Of a stretch of 64,000 bases of DNA, positions 21,962 to 32,054 are shown piece after piece. The notes below the pieces were generated by a model. The model was not told the origin of the DNA and did not search any database. It saw only the letters and a program-made list of their open reading frames with translations. The stretch's first letter is position 1. Every line of letters starts with the position of its first letter. This stretch comes from Halovivax sp. (GTDB lineage Archaea; Halobacteriota; Halobacteria; Halobacteriales; Natrialbaceae), in NCBI RefSeq assembly GCF_007119345.1, contig NZ_SKPV01000010.1; one strand, written 5' to 3'. A program made the translations under genes and the position numbers.

Positions 21962-22858
21962 ATGCGCGTCGTCATACTCGGGTGCGGGTACGTGGGTCTC
22001 GAACTCGGCCGACAGCTCGAAGCGCGGGGTCACGAAGCGATCGGCGTCCGACGGTCGAAGGACGGCCTCGCGGCGATCGAGGACGCCGGGTTCGCGGCGG
22101 TTCGAGCCGACGCGACGGACCCGGACTCGCTGGAGGGAGTGCCGGACGCGGACGCCGTCGTTTTCGCCGCCAGCAGCGGCGGTCGAGGCGCCGAGACGGC
22201 CCGACGGGTCTACGTCGACGGCCTCCGGACGGCGATCGAGCACTTCGGCGAGCGGTCGAACCACCCGGATCGGCTGATCTACACCTCGTCGACCGGCGTC
22301 CACGGCGATCACGACGGGGACTGGGTCGACGAGGAGACGCCCATCGAGCCGACGACGCCCAAGACCGAGGTGCTCGCCGAGGCAGAGCGGATCGCCCTGG
22401 AGCGCGCGCCCGAGTTCGGCGTGGACGGCACCGTCGCACGGTACGCAGGGTTGTACGGTCCGGGTCGGTATCGCCTGGGGCGGTACCTGGACGGCCCGGT
22501 CACGGACGGGTACCTGAACATGGTCCACCGCGAGGACGCCGCCGGCTCGGTCCGCTACCTGCTCGAGGAGGCCCTCGTCCGTGGAGCGGTGGTCCAGGTG
22601 GTCGACGACGAGCCCGTCGACAAGTGGACGTTCGCGGACTGGCTCGCCGACCGCTGCGGCCGAGAATCGCCCCCCAAGCGGACGAAGGCCGAGCGCCTGG
22701 CCGAAGACGACCTCTCCGAGGCCGCCGAGCGCCGCATTCGAACGAGCAAACGCTGCTCGAACGAGTTCCTTCGGTCGCTCGGCTACGAGTTCGCGTTCCC
22801 CACCTACCGCGAAGGATACCGAGCGGCGGTCGACGGCTACCGGGCGGACTCCGAATGA
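21962..22858 (+). CDS. NAD-dependent epimerase/dehydratase (atypical SDR)
   Basis: GCGYVG, YTSSTGV, GLYGPGR and FPTYREG motifs. Confidence 0.9.
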   Translation: MRVVILGCGYVGLELGRQLEARGHEAIGVRRSKDGLAAIEDAGFAAVRADATDPDSLEGVPDADAVVFAASSGGRGAETARRVYVDGLRTAIEHFGERSNHPDRLIYTSSTGVHGDHDGDWVDEETPIEPTTPKTEVLAEAERIALERAPEFGVDGTVARYAGLYGPGRYRLGRYLDGPVTDGYLNMVHREDAAGSVRYLLEEALVRGAVVQVVDDEPVDKWTFADWLADRCGRESPPKRTKAERLAEDDLSEAAERRIRTSKRCSNEFLRSLGYEFAFPTYREGYRAAVDGYRADSE

Positions 22859-23016
22859 GCTGGTAGATCGTCACTTACCGGGCAAAATCCGAGCGAGTCG
22901 TCGAGAAATTATCGAAAATCCGACGGACGGCGACGAGTTCGCGACGGACGCGGGCGGGGGACGGCCGATCCGTCGAACGGGGGAACTTTCATGGTCGGTG
23001 ACTCGGAGAGTCAGAT

Positions 23017-24219
23017 ATGGACGTACGGTTCGCGGGTTCGACCGTCGACGATCCGGCCGGTCGGCAGGTACCGGCGGTCGAGACGGCCACGGAGACCCTC
23101 GGGGCCGTGGATCCGCTCTTGCTCTCTGCCGGGGTGCTCGGGGTCGCGCTGATCACCATCGCCGGCTGGTGGCTCGTCCGGTGGCTTCGTCGGCCCCCCG
23201 GCGTACGCCTCCAGCGGGTACTGGCCGGCCGCGACGAGGTCGCGATCCTGATGCATCCGAATCCGGATCCGGACGCGATGGCGTGTGCCATGGGCGTCGC
23301 GCGCGTCGCAGAGACGGTGGATACGGAGACGACGCTCCAGTATCCGGGCCAAATTCGCCACCAGGAGAACCGAGCCTTCCGGACGGTGCTCGACCTCGAC
23401 CTGGAACAGATCGAGTCAAAATCGGAACTCGCGGCCGATGACGTCGTCCTCGTCGATCACAACACGGCCCGGGGATTCACCGGCGCGCAATCGGTCGAGC
23501 CGATCGCCGTTATCGATCACCACCCCGGGAACGGTGCCGGCACGGAGTTCACCGACGTCCGATCCGAGTACGGCGCCGCTTCCACGATCTTCGCCGAGTA
23601 CCTCCGGGAGATCGGCGCGACCCTCGAGGCGGAGGTCGAAGAGGGAGGCGCTGACGGCCCGCTCGTCTCCGAGGCGCTCGCGACGGGATTGCTCTACGGC
23701 ATCCAGTCCGACACCAATCAGCTGACCAAAGGGTGCACCGAGGCCGAGTTCGACGCCGCCGCGTTCCTGTTCCGGGGGATCGACGAGGATCTCCTCGACC
23801 GGATCGCCAATCCGCAGGTTTCGGACGAAGTGCTCCAGACGAAAGCGGAGGCCATCCTGAACAAGCGGGTCGACGGCTCGTTCGCCATCTGCGACGTCGG
23901 CGAGACGGGAAACGTCGACGCCATCCCGCAGGCGGCGGACGAGCTGATGCACCTGGAAGGCGTCACCGCCGTCGTCGTCTTCGGCGAGCACGACGGAACG
24001 CTGCACCTCTCTGGGCGGTCCCGCGACGATCGGGTCCACATGGGGGAAACGCTCCGACACGCGGTGAGCGACATTCCGATGGCGTCTGCCGGCGGACACG
24101 CGCGCATGGGAGGCGGTCAGCTCTCGGTCGAACACATGAACGGAATCGGCCCGTCCGACGGGATCAGCAAGAGCGATTTCGAAGCCCGACTGTTCTCTTC
24201 GCTATCGGGCGAGCGGTGA
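23017..24219 (+). CDS. DHH/DHHA1 family phosphoesterase with N-terminal TM helix
   Basis: HPNPDPDA, VLVDH, IDHH, GIQSDT, SGRS and AGGH motifs. Confidence 0.92.
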   Translation: MDVRFAGSTVDDPAGRQVPAVETATETLGAVDPLLLSAGVLGVALITIAGWWLVRWLRRPPGVRLQRVLAGRDEVAILMHPNPDPDAMACAMGVARVAETVDTETTLQYPGQIRHQENRAFRTVLDLDLEQIESKSELAADDVVLVDHNTARGFTGAQSVEPIAVIDHHPGNGAGTEFTDVRSEYGAASTIFAEYLREIGATLEAEVEEGGADGPLVSEALATGLLYGIQSDTNQLTKGCTEAEFDAAAFLFRGIDEDLLDRIANPQVSDEVLQTKAEAILNKRVDGSFAICDVGETGNVDAIPQAADELMHLEGVTAVVVFGEHDGTLHLSGRSRDDRVHMGETLRHAVSDIPMASAGGHARMGGGQLSVEHMNGIGPSDGISKSDFEARLFSSLSGER

Positions 24220-24284
24220 ACGGACGAGGAGACGCTCGACGGGGCGAGTGGCCGGACGCGCGAACGGGCCGAACTCTCGCCGCG

Positions 24285-24303
24285 CTCGCGTTCGGAACGC
24301 GAG
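24285..24303. terminator. hairpin between convergent genes
   Basis: ctcgcgtt-cgg-aacgcgag perfect 8-bp stem; terminator function is inferred. Confidence 0.35.
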
Positions 24304-24308
24304 ACCGC

Positions 24309-24479
24309 TCAGCGGATCTCCTTCCACTCTTTGCCGCAGTCCGGACAGCGCCTGATCGTCGTGATCGAGTCGGGATCGTTCTCCGTCTTCAGCGATTTCT
24401 CGCAGTCCGCGCAGGTGATCCGCTCGTAGGTGTCTTTGACCAATTCGCCCTCGCGCAGTGCCTTCCGGATCGATTTCAT
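24309..24479 (-). CDS. HVO_0758-family zinc-finger micro-protein (56 aa)
   Basis: Manual translation MKSIRKALREGELVKDTYERITCADCEKSLKTENDPDSITTIRRCPDCGKEWKEIR; not in the ORF track. Confidence 0.9.
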   Translation of the reverse strand: MKSIRKALREGELVKDTYERITCADCEKSLKTENDPDSITTIRRCPDCGKEWKEIR

Positions 24480-24577
24480 GTTCCGGCGTTACGAAGGAGG
24501 GGGAGAAAAAGACCGGGGTCAGGCGGTTGCCATTTCGATTCGAAACCTTTGATTCGGTCGGCCCCCACCGCCGAGAC

Positions 24578-25795
24578 GTGACCAACGCGCGACGGGGACG
24601 GATCGGGACGCGGACGGGCGTGTTCGGTACGCTCTGCGGGCTGGTGTTCCTGGTGAACTTCGGCCGGGTGGTGTACGCGCCGCTGCTGGAGCCGTTTCGG
24701 ACGACGTTCGGCGCGAGCGCGGGCGCCGTCGGGCTGCTGGCGACGCTCGTGTGGATCGGCAGCGCCGCGCCGCGGTTCCCGACCGGCTACCTGCTGACGA
24801 AGTACCCCCGACACCGGATCGTGCTCGCCTCCGGGCTCGTCCTCGCCGCCTCCTCGGCGGTCGCGGCCGCAGCGCCGACGCTACGGGCGCTGTACGTCGC
24901 GACGGTGCTGGTCGGCGTCGGCAGCGGCGTCTACTACGTCTCCGCCCACCCCCTGATCGGGCAGCTGTATCCGTCGCGGGTCGGGCGGGCGATCGGGATC
25001 CACGGCACCGCCAGCCAGATCGCCGCCGTCGTGGCCCCGGGAATCGTCGCCGTCGTGCTGGCGGTCGCGATCTGGCCGGTCGCGCCGTGGCGGGTCGTGT
25101 TCCTGTTACTGGCCGCGGTCGCGCTCGGTTCGTCCGTCCTGTTCTGGCTCGCGGCAAAGCGCACCGACCTGGAGGCCTCCACCCCGCTGGACCTCGAGCT
25201 GCGGGCGGCGTTTCGGTCCCAGTGGCGATTGATCCTGACCGGAATCGCCGTGATAGGGCTCGCCGGGATGGTCTGGATCGGCGTCTTCAACTTCTACGTC
25301 ACGTACCTGATCGAGACGAAGGGGTTCGGCGGCGGCCGATCGCGGACCGTCCTGACGGTGGTGTTCGCGGCCGGCGTCCCCGCGTTCTGGTTCGGCGGCC
25401 GCCTCGCCGACCGCCTGTCGTTCGTCCCCCTCTTGCTCGCCGTCCTCGGGACGTACGTCGCCTCGCTACTCGCCCTGGTCGTCGTCGAGGGCTTCGCGGC
25501 CGTACTGATCGTCTCCGCGGTGCTCGGCTTCGTGATCCACTGTCTCTTCCCCGTGACGGACACGTACCTGCTCACCTCGCTCCCGGAGCGGTACCGAGGC
25601 AGCGGCTACGCCGTCTTCAGCGGGACGATGATGCCGATACAGGCGGTCGGGAGCGTGCTCGTCGGGGGATTGGTCGACGCCGGCTTCGGTTACGATCGAG
25701 TGTTCGTCGGACTGGCCCTGGCAGTCGCCGCGCTCACCGCCTGCCTGGCCGTCCTCGCCGCGGTCGGTCGACTTCCCGCCGGCACGAACGGATGA
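24578..25795 (+). CDS. MFS transporter
   Basis: About 12 hydrophobic helices; GRAIGIH and GGRLADRL motifs; GTG start. Confidence 0.9.
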   Translation: MTNARRGRIGTRTGVFGTLCGLVFLVNFGRVVYAPLLEPFRTTFGASAGAVGLLATLVWIGSAAPRFPTGYLLTKYPRHRIVLASGLVLAASSAVAAAAPTLRALYVATVLVGVGSGVYYVSAHPLIGQLYPSRVGRAIGIHGTASQIAAVVAPGIVAVVLAVAIWPVAPWRVVFLLLAAVALGSSVLFWLAAKRTDLEASTPLDLELRAAFRSQWRLILTGIAVIGLAGMVWIGVFNFYVTYLIETKGFGGGRSRTVLTVVFAAGVPAFWFGGRLADRLSFVPLLLAVLGTYVASLLALVVVEGFAAVLIVSAVLGFVIHCLFPVTDTYLLTSLPERYRGSGYAVFSGTMMPIQAVGSVLVGGLVDAGFGYDRVFVGLALAVAALTACLAVLAAVGRLPAGTNG

Positions 25796-25909
25796 TCGAC
25801 GCGACGCGAGAGAACGACCGAACCGGCTGGTGTCGTGCTAATCAATCGTCCGACGAGCGGTGAAGAACACCACAATGAATATACCACGGCCGGTGACGTA
25901 CATATACAG

Positions 25910-27556
25910 ATGGAGTCTCCCCTCCGATCGGCCCTGTGGAGACGCGCGCCGCCTCCGGTGCGCCAGCGGATCGTCGCTGCCAAGAGCTCCCGGGGCTGGC
26001 GGGCGTTCCTGAACCTCGCCGATTGCGTCCGCGTCGACACGCGGTCGCTGGCCGTCTTTCGCATCGTCGTCGCGCTGCTCATCCTCGCCGACCTCCTCCT
26101 GCGGTCGCGAAACTTCTCGTTCTACTACACCGACGACGGCGTCGTCCCGCAGTCGCTCGCGATGGTCCACGCGGGCGAAAACGCCTTCTCCGTCTACTAC
26201 TGGACGTCGGACCCGACGCTGATCGCGGCGCTGTTCGTCGTCCAGGCGCTGTTCGCGATCCAGCTCCTGGTGGGCTACAAAACCCGGATCGCGATGGCCG
26301 TCTCGTTCCTGCTCGTCGTCTCGCTCGATCACCACAATCCGCTGGTGTTGAGCTACGCCGACACGCTCTTCCGGCTCCTGCTGTTCTGGGCGATCTTCCT
26401 GCCCCTCGGGGAGCGGTGGTCGATCGACGCCCTCCACCGTGATCGCGCACCCAGGTGGACGTTCGTGGGGGCAGCCTCCGCGCTCGCGCTCGCCCAGATG
26501 GTCACCATGTACGCCCAGAACGGCTACCACAAGTACAACGACGACTCGGAGCTCTGGCAGAGCGGCGGCGCGACGCCGAAGATCTTCGGCCTCGACGAGA
26601 TGACGTTCCTGCTGGGCGATTACTTCCGGCACATTCCGACGATGCTGGAGTACGGTGGACTCACCTGGTACTACATGCTCATCGCGTCTCCGCTGCTCAT
26701 CCTCCTGTGGGGACGTCCCCGGATGTTGCTGACGTTCATGTTCGTCGGCGGCCACGCGTCGTTCGCGCTCACCGTCCGGATCGGCGCGTTCGCCTACGTG
26801 GCTATCGCCGGACTGATCCTCTTCCTCCAGCCGCAATTCTGGCGCGACGCAGCCACCCTGGTGCGGGCGGCGAACCTGCAGGACCACGTCGAGACCGCAG
26901 GGAACGGCGTTGAACGCGTCGGCCGACGGATCGCGTCCGTCCTTCCTTCGGTAGTGTTCGATTCGTCCCGCCAGCAACTGGCGAGAGCGATCGGATACAA
27001 AGCCGCCATCGTGATCGTCGCCGGCTCGATGGTACTGCTCACCCTCTCGGCGGGGGTTCAGTTCGCGGGCGTCGCGGACGACTCCGTCGGACCGACGGAC
27101 GAGATTCAGGAGTACCAGGACCGCTTCGGCGTCGAGCAGCCGGAGTGGAGCATCTTCGCGCCAACGCCGCGAACCACCGATCGCTACTACGTCTTCCCCG
27201 CGCGAACGGCCGACGGCGAGATGTACGACGTCTTCAACGACCGCGAGTTGACGTACGACCGCCCGTACGACGAACTCCAGAAGCAACACGACGCCTACCG
27301 CGAGCGGTTCTACATGAACAGCATCCGCCGCGCCGGCGACGACGGGGCCGCCCCGGAGTACCTCGTCGAACACATCTGCGAGACGTGGGCCGACGAGCGC
27401 GGGGTGGAGTTGACGCAGGTGAACGTCTACGAGGTGATCGAACGGATCGATCGGGACTCGATCGACGATCCCGACGAACGCGAGCGTCACTACTTCCTGC
27501 GATCGATGCACGGGTGCGACGGGCACGAGCCGGAAGACTTCGCGCCGCCCGACTGA
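25910..27556 (+). CDS. HTTM domain membrane protein
   Basis: DTRSLAVFRI, YYTDDGVVP, LLVGYKTR, NPLVLSYAD, FLPLGERWSID and WSIFAP motifs. Confidence 0.88.
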   Translation: MESPLRSALWRRAPPPVRQRIVAAKSSRGWRAFLNLADCVRVDTRSLAVFRIVVALLILADLLLRSRNFSFYYTDDGVVPQSLAMVHAGENAFSVYYWTSDPTLIAALFVVQALFAIQLLVGYKTRIAMAVSFLLVVSLDHHNPLVLSYADTLFRLLLFWAIFLPLGERWSIDALHRDRAPRWTFVGAASALALAQMVTMYAQNGYHKYNDDSELWQSGGATPKIFGLDEMTFLLGDYFRHIPTMLEYGGLTWYYMLIASPLLILLWGRPRMLLTFMFVGGHASFALTVRIGAFAYVAIAGLILFLQPQFWRDAATLVRAANLQDHVETAGNGVERVGRRIASVLPSVVFDSSRQQLARAIGYKAAIVIVAGSMVLLTLSAGVQFAGVADDSVGPTDEIQEYQDRFGVEQPEWSIFAPTPRTTDRYYVFPARTADGEMYDVFNDRELTYDRPYDELQKQHDAYRERFYMNSIRRAGDDGAAPEYLVEHICETWADERGVELTQVNVYEVIERIDRDSIDDPDERERHYFLRSMHGCDGHEPEDFAPPD

Positions 27557-27665
27557 TCCCCCGCTCGCCGAACGCCTCCTCGACCGGGGCTCGTCCGACC
27601 GGCCGGAGTCGGCAGCCGTCGACGGAGTCGTGTCCCTTTTGACGGTCGACTCCAATCGACCACCG

Positions 27666-28760
27666 ATGGAGTACGTACAGGAACGGATCGCCACGCTCCA
27701 CGACCTCACCGACGCGGGGCCGCCCGCGGCGGCAGACGCGTTCGCGGAGACGGCGGTCGTCGTTCCGATGACCGACCGCGAGCACGCGAGCCTCGCGGCC
27801 GAGCGGGTCCTCTCGGCGCTCGAGGCCGTCGATCCGGCGGCGGTGTACGTCCCCGTCAGGGCGCCCCCCGACCGGATCGAGCCGTTCCGACGGTGGGTGA
27901 GGTCGTTCGACCTCTCGCTGCGGGTCGTGTGGTGTAACGCGCCCGCCGTCGAGCGGCTGCTCGCCGACGCCGGGCTCGACGGCGGCTTCGGGAAGGGGCG
28001 GGACGTCTGGCTCGCGCTCGGCCCCGCGGCCGAGACGTGTTCGCGGATCGTCGTCCACGACGCGGACGCGAGCAGCTACGAGGCCGGCCACGTCGCCAGG
28101 TTGCTGGCGCCGCTCTCGATGGGCTACGAGTTCTCGAAGGGCTACTACGCCCGCGTGGAGAACGACCGGCTGTACGGGCGCCTCTGCCGGTTGTTCTACG
28201 AGCCGCTCGTGCGAGCGCTCGATGAGACCCGCCGCGAGCCGATCGTCTCCTACCTCGGGGCGTTCCGGTACGCCCTCGCCGGCGAGTTCGCGATGACGGC
28301 CCGACTGGCGAGGCGAATACGGGCGCCGCGATCGTGGGGCCTGGAAGTCGGAACGCTCGGCGACGCGTTCGCCCAAGCGGGGTTCGCGGGCACCGCACAG
28401 GTCGACCTCGGACGCCACGAACACGACCACCGCGCGGTGGCGGGCGAGACGGGCCTCGAGGGAATGAGTCGCGAGGTCGCCGCCACGCTCTTTCACGTGC
28501 TGGTCGACCACGGCCTCCGGATCGAGTACGACCGCCTGGCCGATCGGTACCGGGCGGCCGGGCGAGAGCTCGTCGAGCAGTACCGCGCCGACGCGACGTT
28601 CAACGACCTCACGTACGACGCCGCGAGCGAGCGCGAGCAGGTCGACCGGTACGCGAGCGCGATCGCTCCGCCCGGCGAGGATCGGCGGCTCCCGGCCTGG
28701 GACGCGATCGACCTGGATCCCGGATCCGTCCTCTCGGCCGCCTCGGCGCGACCGGAGTGA
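27666..28760 (+). CDS. glycosyltransferase, glucosyl-3-phosphoglycerate synthase-like
   Basis: MEYVQERIATLH, GKGRDVW, HDAD, FSKGYYAR, YALAGEFA and WGLEVG motifs. Confidence 0.85.
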   Translation: MEYVQERIATLHDLTDAGPPAAADAFAETAVVVPMTDREHASLAAERVLSALEAVDPAAVYVPVRAPPDRIEPFRRWVRSFDLSLRVVWCNAPAVERLLADAGLDGGFGKGRDVWLALGPAAETCSRIVVHDADASSYEAGHVARLLAPLSMGYEFSKGYYARVENDRLYGRLCRLFYEPLVRALDETRREPIVSYLGAFRYALAGEFAMTARLARRIRAPRSWGLEVGTLGDAFAQAGFAGTAQVDLGRHEHDHRAVAGETGLEGMSREVAATLFHVLVDHGLRIEYDRLADRYRAAGRELVEQYRADATFNDLTYDAASEREQVDRYASAIAPPGEDRRLPAWDAIDLDPGSVLSAASARPE

Positions 28761-28819
28761 TCGGGCGGAGTCGGTGACGAGCCCTTCCCCCGGAACCGTT
28801 CGATAGCGACCGCGTGCCA

Positions 28820-28936
28820 GACGCGCACCCAGGGGACGATGAGCCGCGGGGACGCGTCCGACACTCGGGGGACGTTGGGCCGAGAGGACGCGTCCGACAC
28901 TCAGGAGACGTGGGGCAGCGGGGACGCGTCCGACGC
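28820..28936. repeat. degenerate 36-bp tandem repeat, about 3 copies
   Basis: ggacgcgtccgac at 28850, 28886 and 28922. Confidence 0.8.
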
Positions 28937-29062
28937 TTCGTAACCAGCGATCCGTCGCAGCGACGTCGGCGACCGTCGCGCGTTTGCGACGGCCTCGGAT
29001 CACTCGCCCGCGACCGAAACCACGTCGGAACACCTAATCGTCATCCACCCCAAACCACGGCC

Positions 29063-29530
29063 ATGGACGCGACGTCGGACGAGCTGGCCGGCGTGGTCGA
29101 CCTCTTCGGCGGTCTCCGCCGCGAGGAGCTCGAGCGCGCGCTGGGAGAGCTCGCCGCTCGGACCGACGGAGCGACGGTCGAGGAGCGCGCCGTCGACGAC
29201 GCCCTCGCACGAGCGGTCGACGGGTTCGCGCTCGTCGATCTCGAGATCGACGGCGAGGCGGTCTACGTGCCCGGACCGACGGCGTTTCCGGAACTCCCCG
29301 ACCACGGCGAGGACCTGCCCCACATCATGGACGTCCCGAAGAGATCGTTCGACCGCGAGACGCTCGGCGGGCGAGTTGCCGACCGCTTCGCGGCGTCCGT
29401 CGAGCGGGCCGTCGCGGCGGACGATCGCGAGCGCGCCCGCGAGCTCATCGACGTGAGCTACGACGCGGAGGCGTGGGGACCGGTGGAACTGGCGGACGAA
29501 CGATCGCGGCTCGACGACCTGCTCGGGTGA
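29063..29530 (+). CDS. conserved haloarchaeal hypothetical protein
   Basis: DELAGVVDLFGGL...GPTAFPELP...EDLPHIM...LIDVSYDAEAW; acidic. Confidence 0.82.
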   Translation: MDATSDELAGVVDLFGGLRREELERALGELAARTDGATVEERAVDDALARAVDGFALVDLEIDGEAVYVPGPTAFPELPDHGEDLPHIMDVPKRSFDRETLGGRVADRFAASVERAVAADDRERARELIDVSYDAEAWGPVELADERSRLDDLLG

Positions 29531-29534
29531 GCCG

Positions 29535-30122
29535 ATGACCCGACTGCACCTCGATCCCGTCTCGCACCACGACCCCGAGGTGATCGACGACCAGCCGAAC
29601 GACGCCGCCGTCCTCGCCCCGGTGATCGAGCGAAACGGCGCGCACGCGCTGCTCTTCACCAAGCGCGCGGATCACCTGGGAGAACACCCGGGCCAGATGA
29701 GCTTCCCGGGCGGCGGCGCCGAACCCGAGGACGAGACGCTCCGCGCGACGGCGCTGCGGGAGGCCAGCGAGGAGATCGATCTCGATCCGAGCGAGGCCGA
29801 CGTCGTCGGCCGGCTCGACGACATCCGCACCATCACCGAGTACGCGGTGACGCCGTTCGTCGCGCGCGTCCCCGATCGCACGTACGAACCCGACGACCGC
29901 GAGGTCGCCGAGATCGCCGTCCTCCCGGTCGCAGACCTGCTCGAGCCGAGCAACTACGAGTACGAGACGCGCTCGCACCCCTACTACGGCGAGGTCGTGA
30001 TCCACTACTTCCACGTGAACGGCTACACCGTCTGGGGGGCGACGGGACGGATCCTGGTCCAGTTGCTCGAACTGACCACGCCGTTCCAGCCGCCGGTTCG
30101 ACTGGACCGGTCGGAGTACTGA
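29535..30122 (+). CDS. Nudix hydrolase (CoA pyrophosphatase-like)
   Basis: LFTKRADHL..HPGQMSFPGG, ALREASEEI and VWGATG motifs. Confidence 0.93.
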   Translation: MTRLHLDPVSHHDPEVIDDQPNDAAVLAPVIERNGAHALLFTKRADHLGEHPGQMSFPGGGAEPEDETLRATALREASEEIDLDPSEADVVGRLDDIRTITEYAVTPFVARVPDRTYEPDDREVAEIAVLPVADLLEPSNYEYETRSHPYYGEVVIHYFHVNGYTVWGATGRILVQLLELTTPFQPPVRLDRSEY

Positions 30123-30321
30123 GTCGCGGCGGGAACGCGTCGAAGCCAGCGAGCCGACCCGACGTCCCTTCGCGAACCCGACGACCCCGTCAGGCGAACG
30201 GAGCCACGAACGTCACCCTTTTGTATACCGGGGGACTCGTGACAGTTACATGGTCTCGCAGACGATGGATCGAGTTCCGCACCGTTTCTAGCCACACCGT
30301 CGTCGCGCGAGGTGATCTCAA

Positions 30322-31122
30322 ATGTTAACCGACAGCGACCTCTCCGCCAGCGACCGCCCCGTCTCGCGCGCCGACCTCGACGGCATCGCCCTCAAGCCGA
30401 CCGAGTGCGACGTCGCCGCGATCGCCGACCTCCCGGTCGACACCGTCGCGATCGACTACGAGGGTCGCGAGCACGTCCCCGCCCGGGACGTCCTCGCCGA
30501 CCTCGCCTCCCGGGCGACGCTCCGAGTGACGACGCCCGTACGGGCGGACGGCTTCGACCCGCTCGGAGACGACTCGCTCGCCGAGGACATCCCCGCGGAC
30601 GTCGGCCGCGTGCTCGTCGCCGGCCACCCCGCGTACCTGACGAGCGGCGAGCGAAAGCGAGCCGTCGCGCCCAGACTCGGCGCCGCGCTCGAGGCGGCGC
30701 CCGACGCCTGGGTCGGCACCGAGAGCGTCGAACGCATCGCGATGGCGACCGGCGCCACCCAGTTCGAACTGCTGTCGGGACGTACCGAACGGGAGCTCAG
30801 GGCGCTGCGCGCGGCCGGTTTCGACGCCGATATCGCCGTCTACGCCCCAGCCGTCCTCACCGACGACCACGACGCGATCCTCGACGCCGTGGGCGGATAC
30901 GTCGCCCGACGCCGGCCGGTCGCCGACGCGCTCCCCGAGGGGGCGGCCACGGACGCGACGGCACAGGGAACCGCCAGGACGACCCTGCTCGCGGCCGCCG
31001 AGGACTACGCGCTCGTCGGGAGTGCGGAGACCGTTCGGGAACGAGTCGGCGCACTGCGCGAGGCCGGGGCGACGGCGGTCGTCGGCTATCCGGCGGCGGG
31101 CCTGGGCGACTTTCTGGGCTAA
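30322..31122 (+). CDS. luciferase-like conserved haloarchaeal protein
   Basis: LKPTECD, DYEG, PVRADGFDPLGD and LVG...VRERV..LREAGA..VVGYPA. Confidence 0.75.
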   Translation: MLTDSDLSASDRPVSRADLDGIALKPTECDVAAIADLPVDTVAIDYEGREHVPARDVLADLASRATLRVTTPVRADGFDPLGDDSLAEDIPADVGRVLVAGHPAYLTSGERKRAVAPRLGAALEAAPDAWVGTESVERIAMATGATQFELLSGRTERELRALRAAGFDADIAVYAPAVLTDDHDAILDAVGGYVARRRPVADALPEGAATDATAQGTARTTLLAAAEDYALVGSAETVRERVGALREAGATAVVGYPAAGLGDFLG

Positions 31123-31231
31123 CCGTCGCCGGGCCTAGACGGCTTTCTGGGTCAACTGTCGCCGGGCCTAGACGGCTTTCTGGGTCAACTGTCGCCGGGC
31201 CTAGACGGCTTTCTGGGTCAACTGTCGCCGG
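31097..31231. repeat. 33-bp tandem repeat, 4 copies; first copy contains the upstream gene's stop codon
   Basis: cgggcctagacggctttctgggtcaactgtcgc at 31130, 31163 and 31196; diverged copy at 31097. Confidence 0.93.
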
Positions 31232-31289
31232 CTCGCCTTCCAATCGCGGACCACCTACACGTAAGTAGATCCCGGCCACAGTGCCAGCC

Positions 31290-32054
31290 ATGACGCAGCT
31301 CGCCAACCTGACGACCGAGACGGCCGCTGACGCGCTCGAGACGACCGAGGTAGCGGTGGTGCCGACCGGGAGCACCGAACAACACGGACCGGCGCTCCCG
31401 CTCGGGATGGACCACTTCGCGGCCGAGGCGTTCGCTCGATCGACCGCCGATCGCGAGGATACGGTCGTCCTGCCGACGATCCCCGTCGGCGTCAGTCCGC
31501 ACCACATGCAGTTCGACGGGAGTCTCACCGTCTCGCCGGAGACGTTCGAGGCCTACGTCCGCGAGACGATCGGGAGCCTCGCCGAACACGGCGTGCGGAA
31601 AGCCGTCGTCGTGAACGGTCACGGCGGCAACGCCGGGGCGCTCCGGCGGGCCGCGCGGGATTTGCGGGACGCCCGGACGGCGTTCGCGCCGACCTGGAAC
31701 TGGTGGGACGCGGTCGACGACCTGGCCGAGGAACTGTTCGAGGAGGTCGGCGGCCACGCCGACGCGGCCGAGTCGAGTCTCGTCTGGTACCTCCACGAGG
31801 AGCTGGTCGACCCGGACGCGCTCGCCGACGCCGAAACGCGCGGGAGCGACGCCTGGGGCCGATCGGTTCACGGAGCCAGCGTCGGGTTCGACACGATCGA
31901 CTTCACCGACAGCGGCGCGGTCGGGAAGCCGACCCAGGCCGATCCGGCGAAGGGCGAGCGTCTGTTCGAACGGGGCCGCGAGGAGCTCGACGCGCTCGTC
32001 GAGTGGCTGGCGGCGCGCCCGGTGGCCGACTGCTGGCCGCGAGCGCACCGATGA
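31290..32054 (+). CDS. creatininase family protein
   Basis: PTGSTEQHGPALPLGMD, SPHH, NGHGGN and GHADAAES motifs. Confidence 0.93.
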   Translation: MTQLANLTTETAADALETTEVAVVPTGSTEQHGPALPLGMDHFAAEAFARSTADREDTVVLPTIPVGVSPHHMQFDGSLTVSPETFEAYVRETIGSLAEHGVRKAVVVNGHGGNAGALRRAARDLRDARTAFAPTWNWWDAVDDLAEELFEEVGGHADAAESSLVWYLHEELVDPDALADAETRGSDAWGRSVHGASVGFDTIDFTDSGAVGKPTQADPAKGERLFERGREELDALVEWLAARPVADCWPRAHR

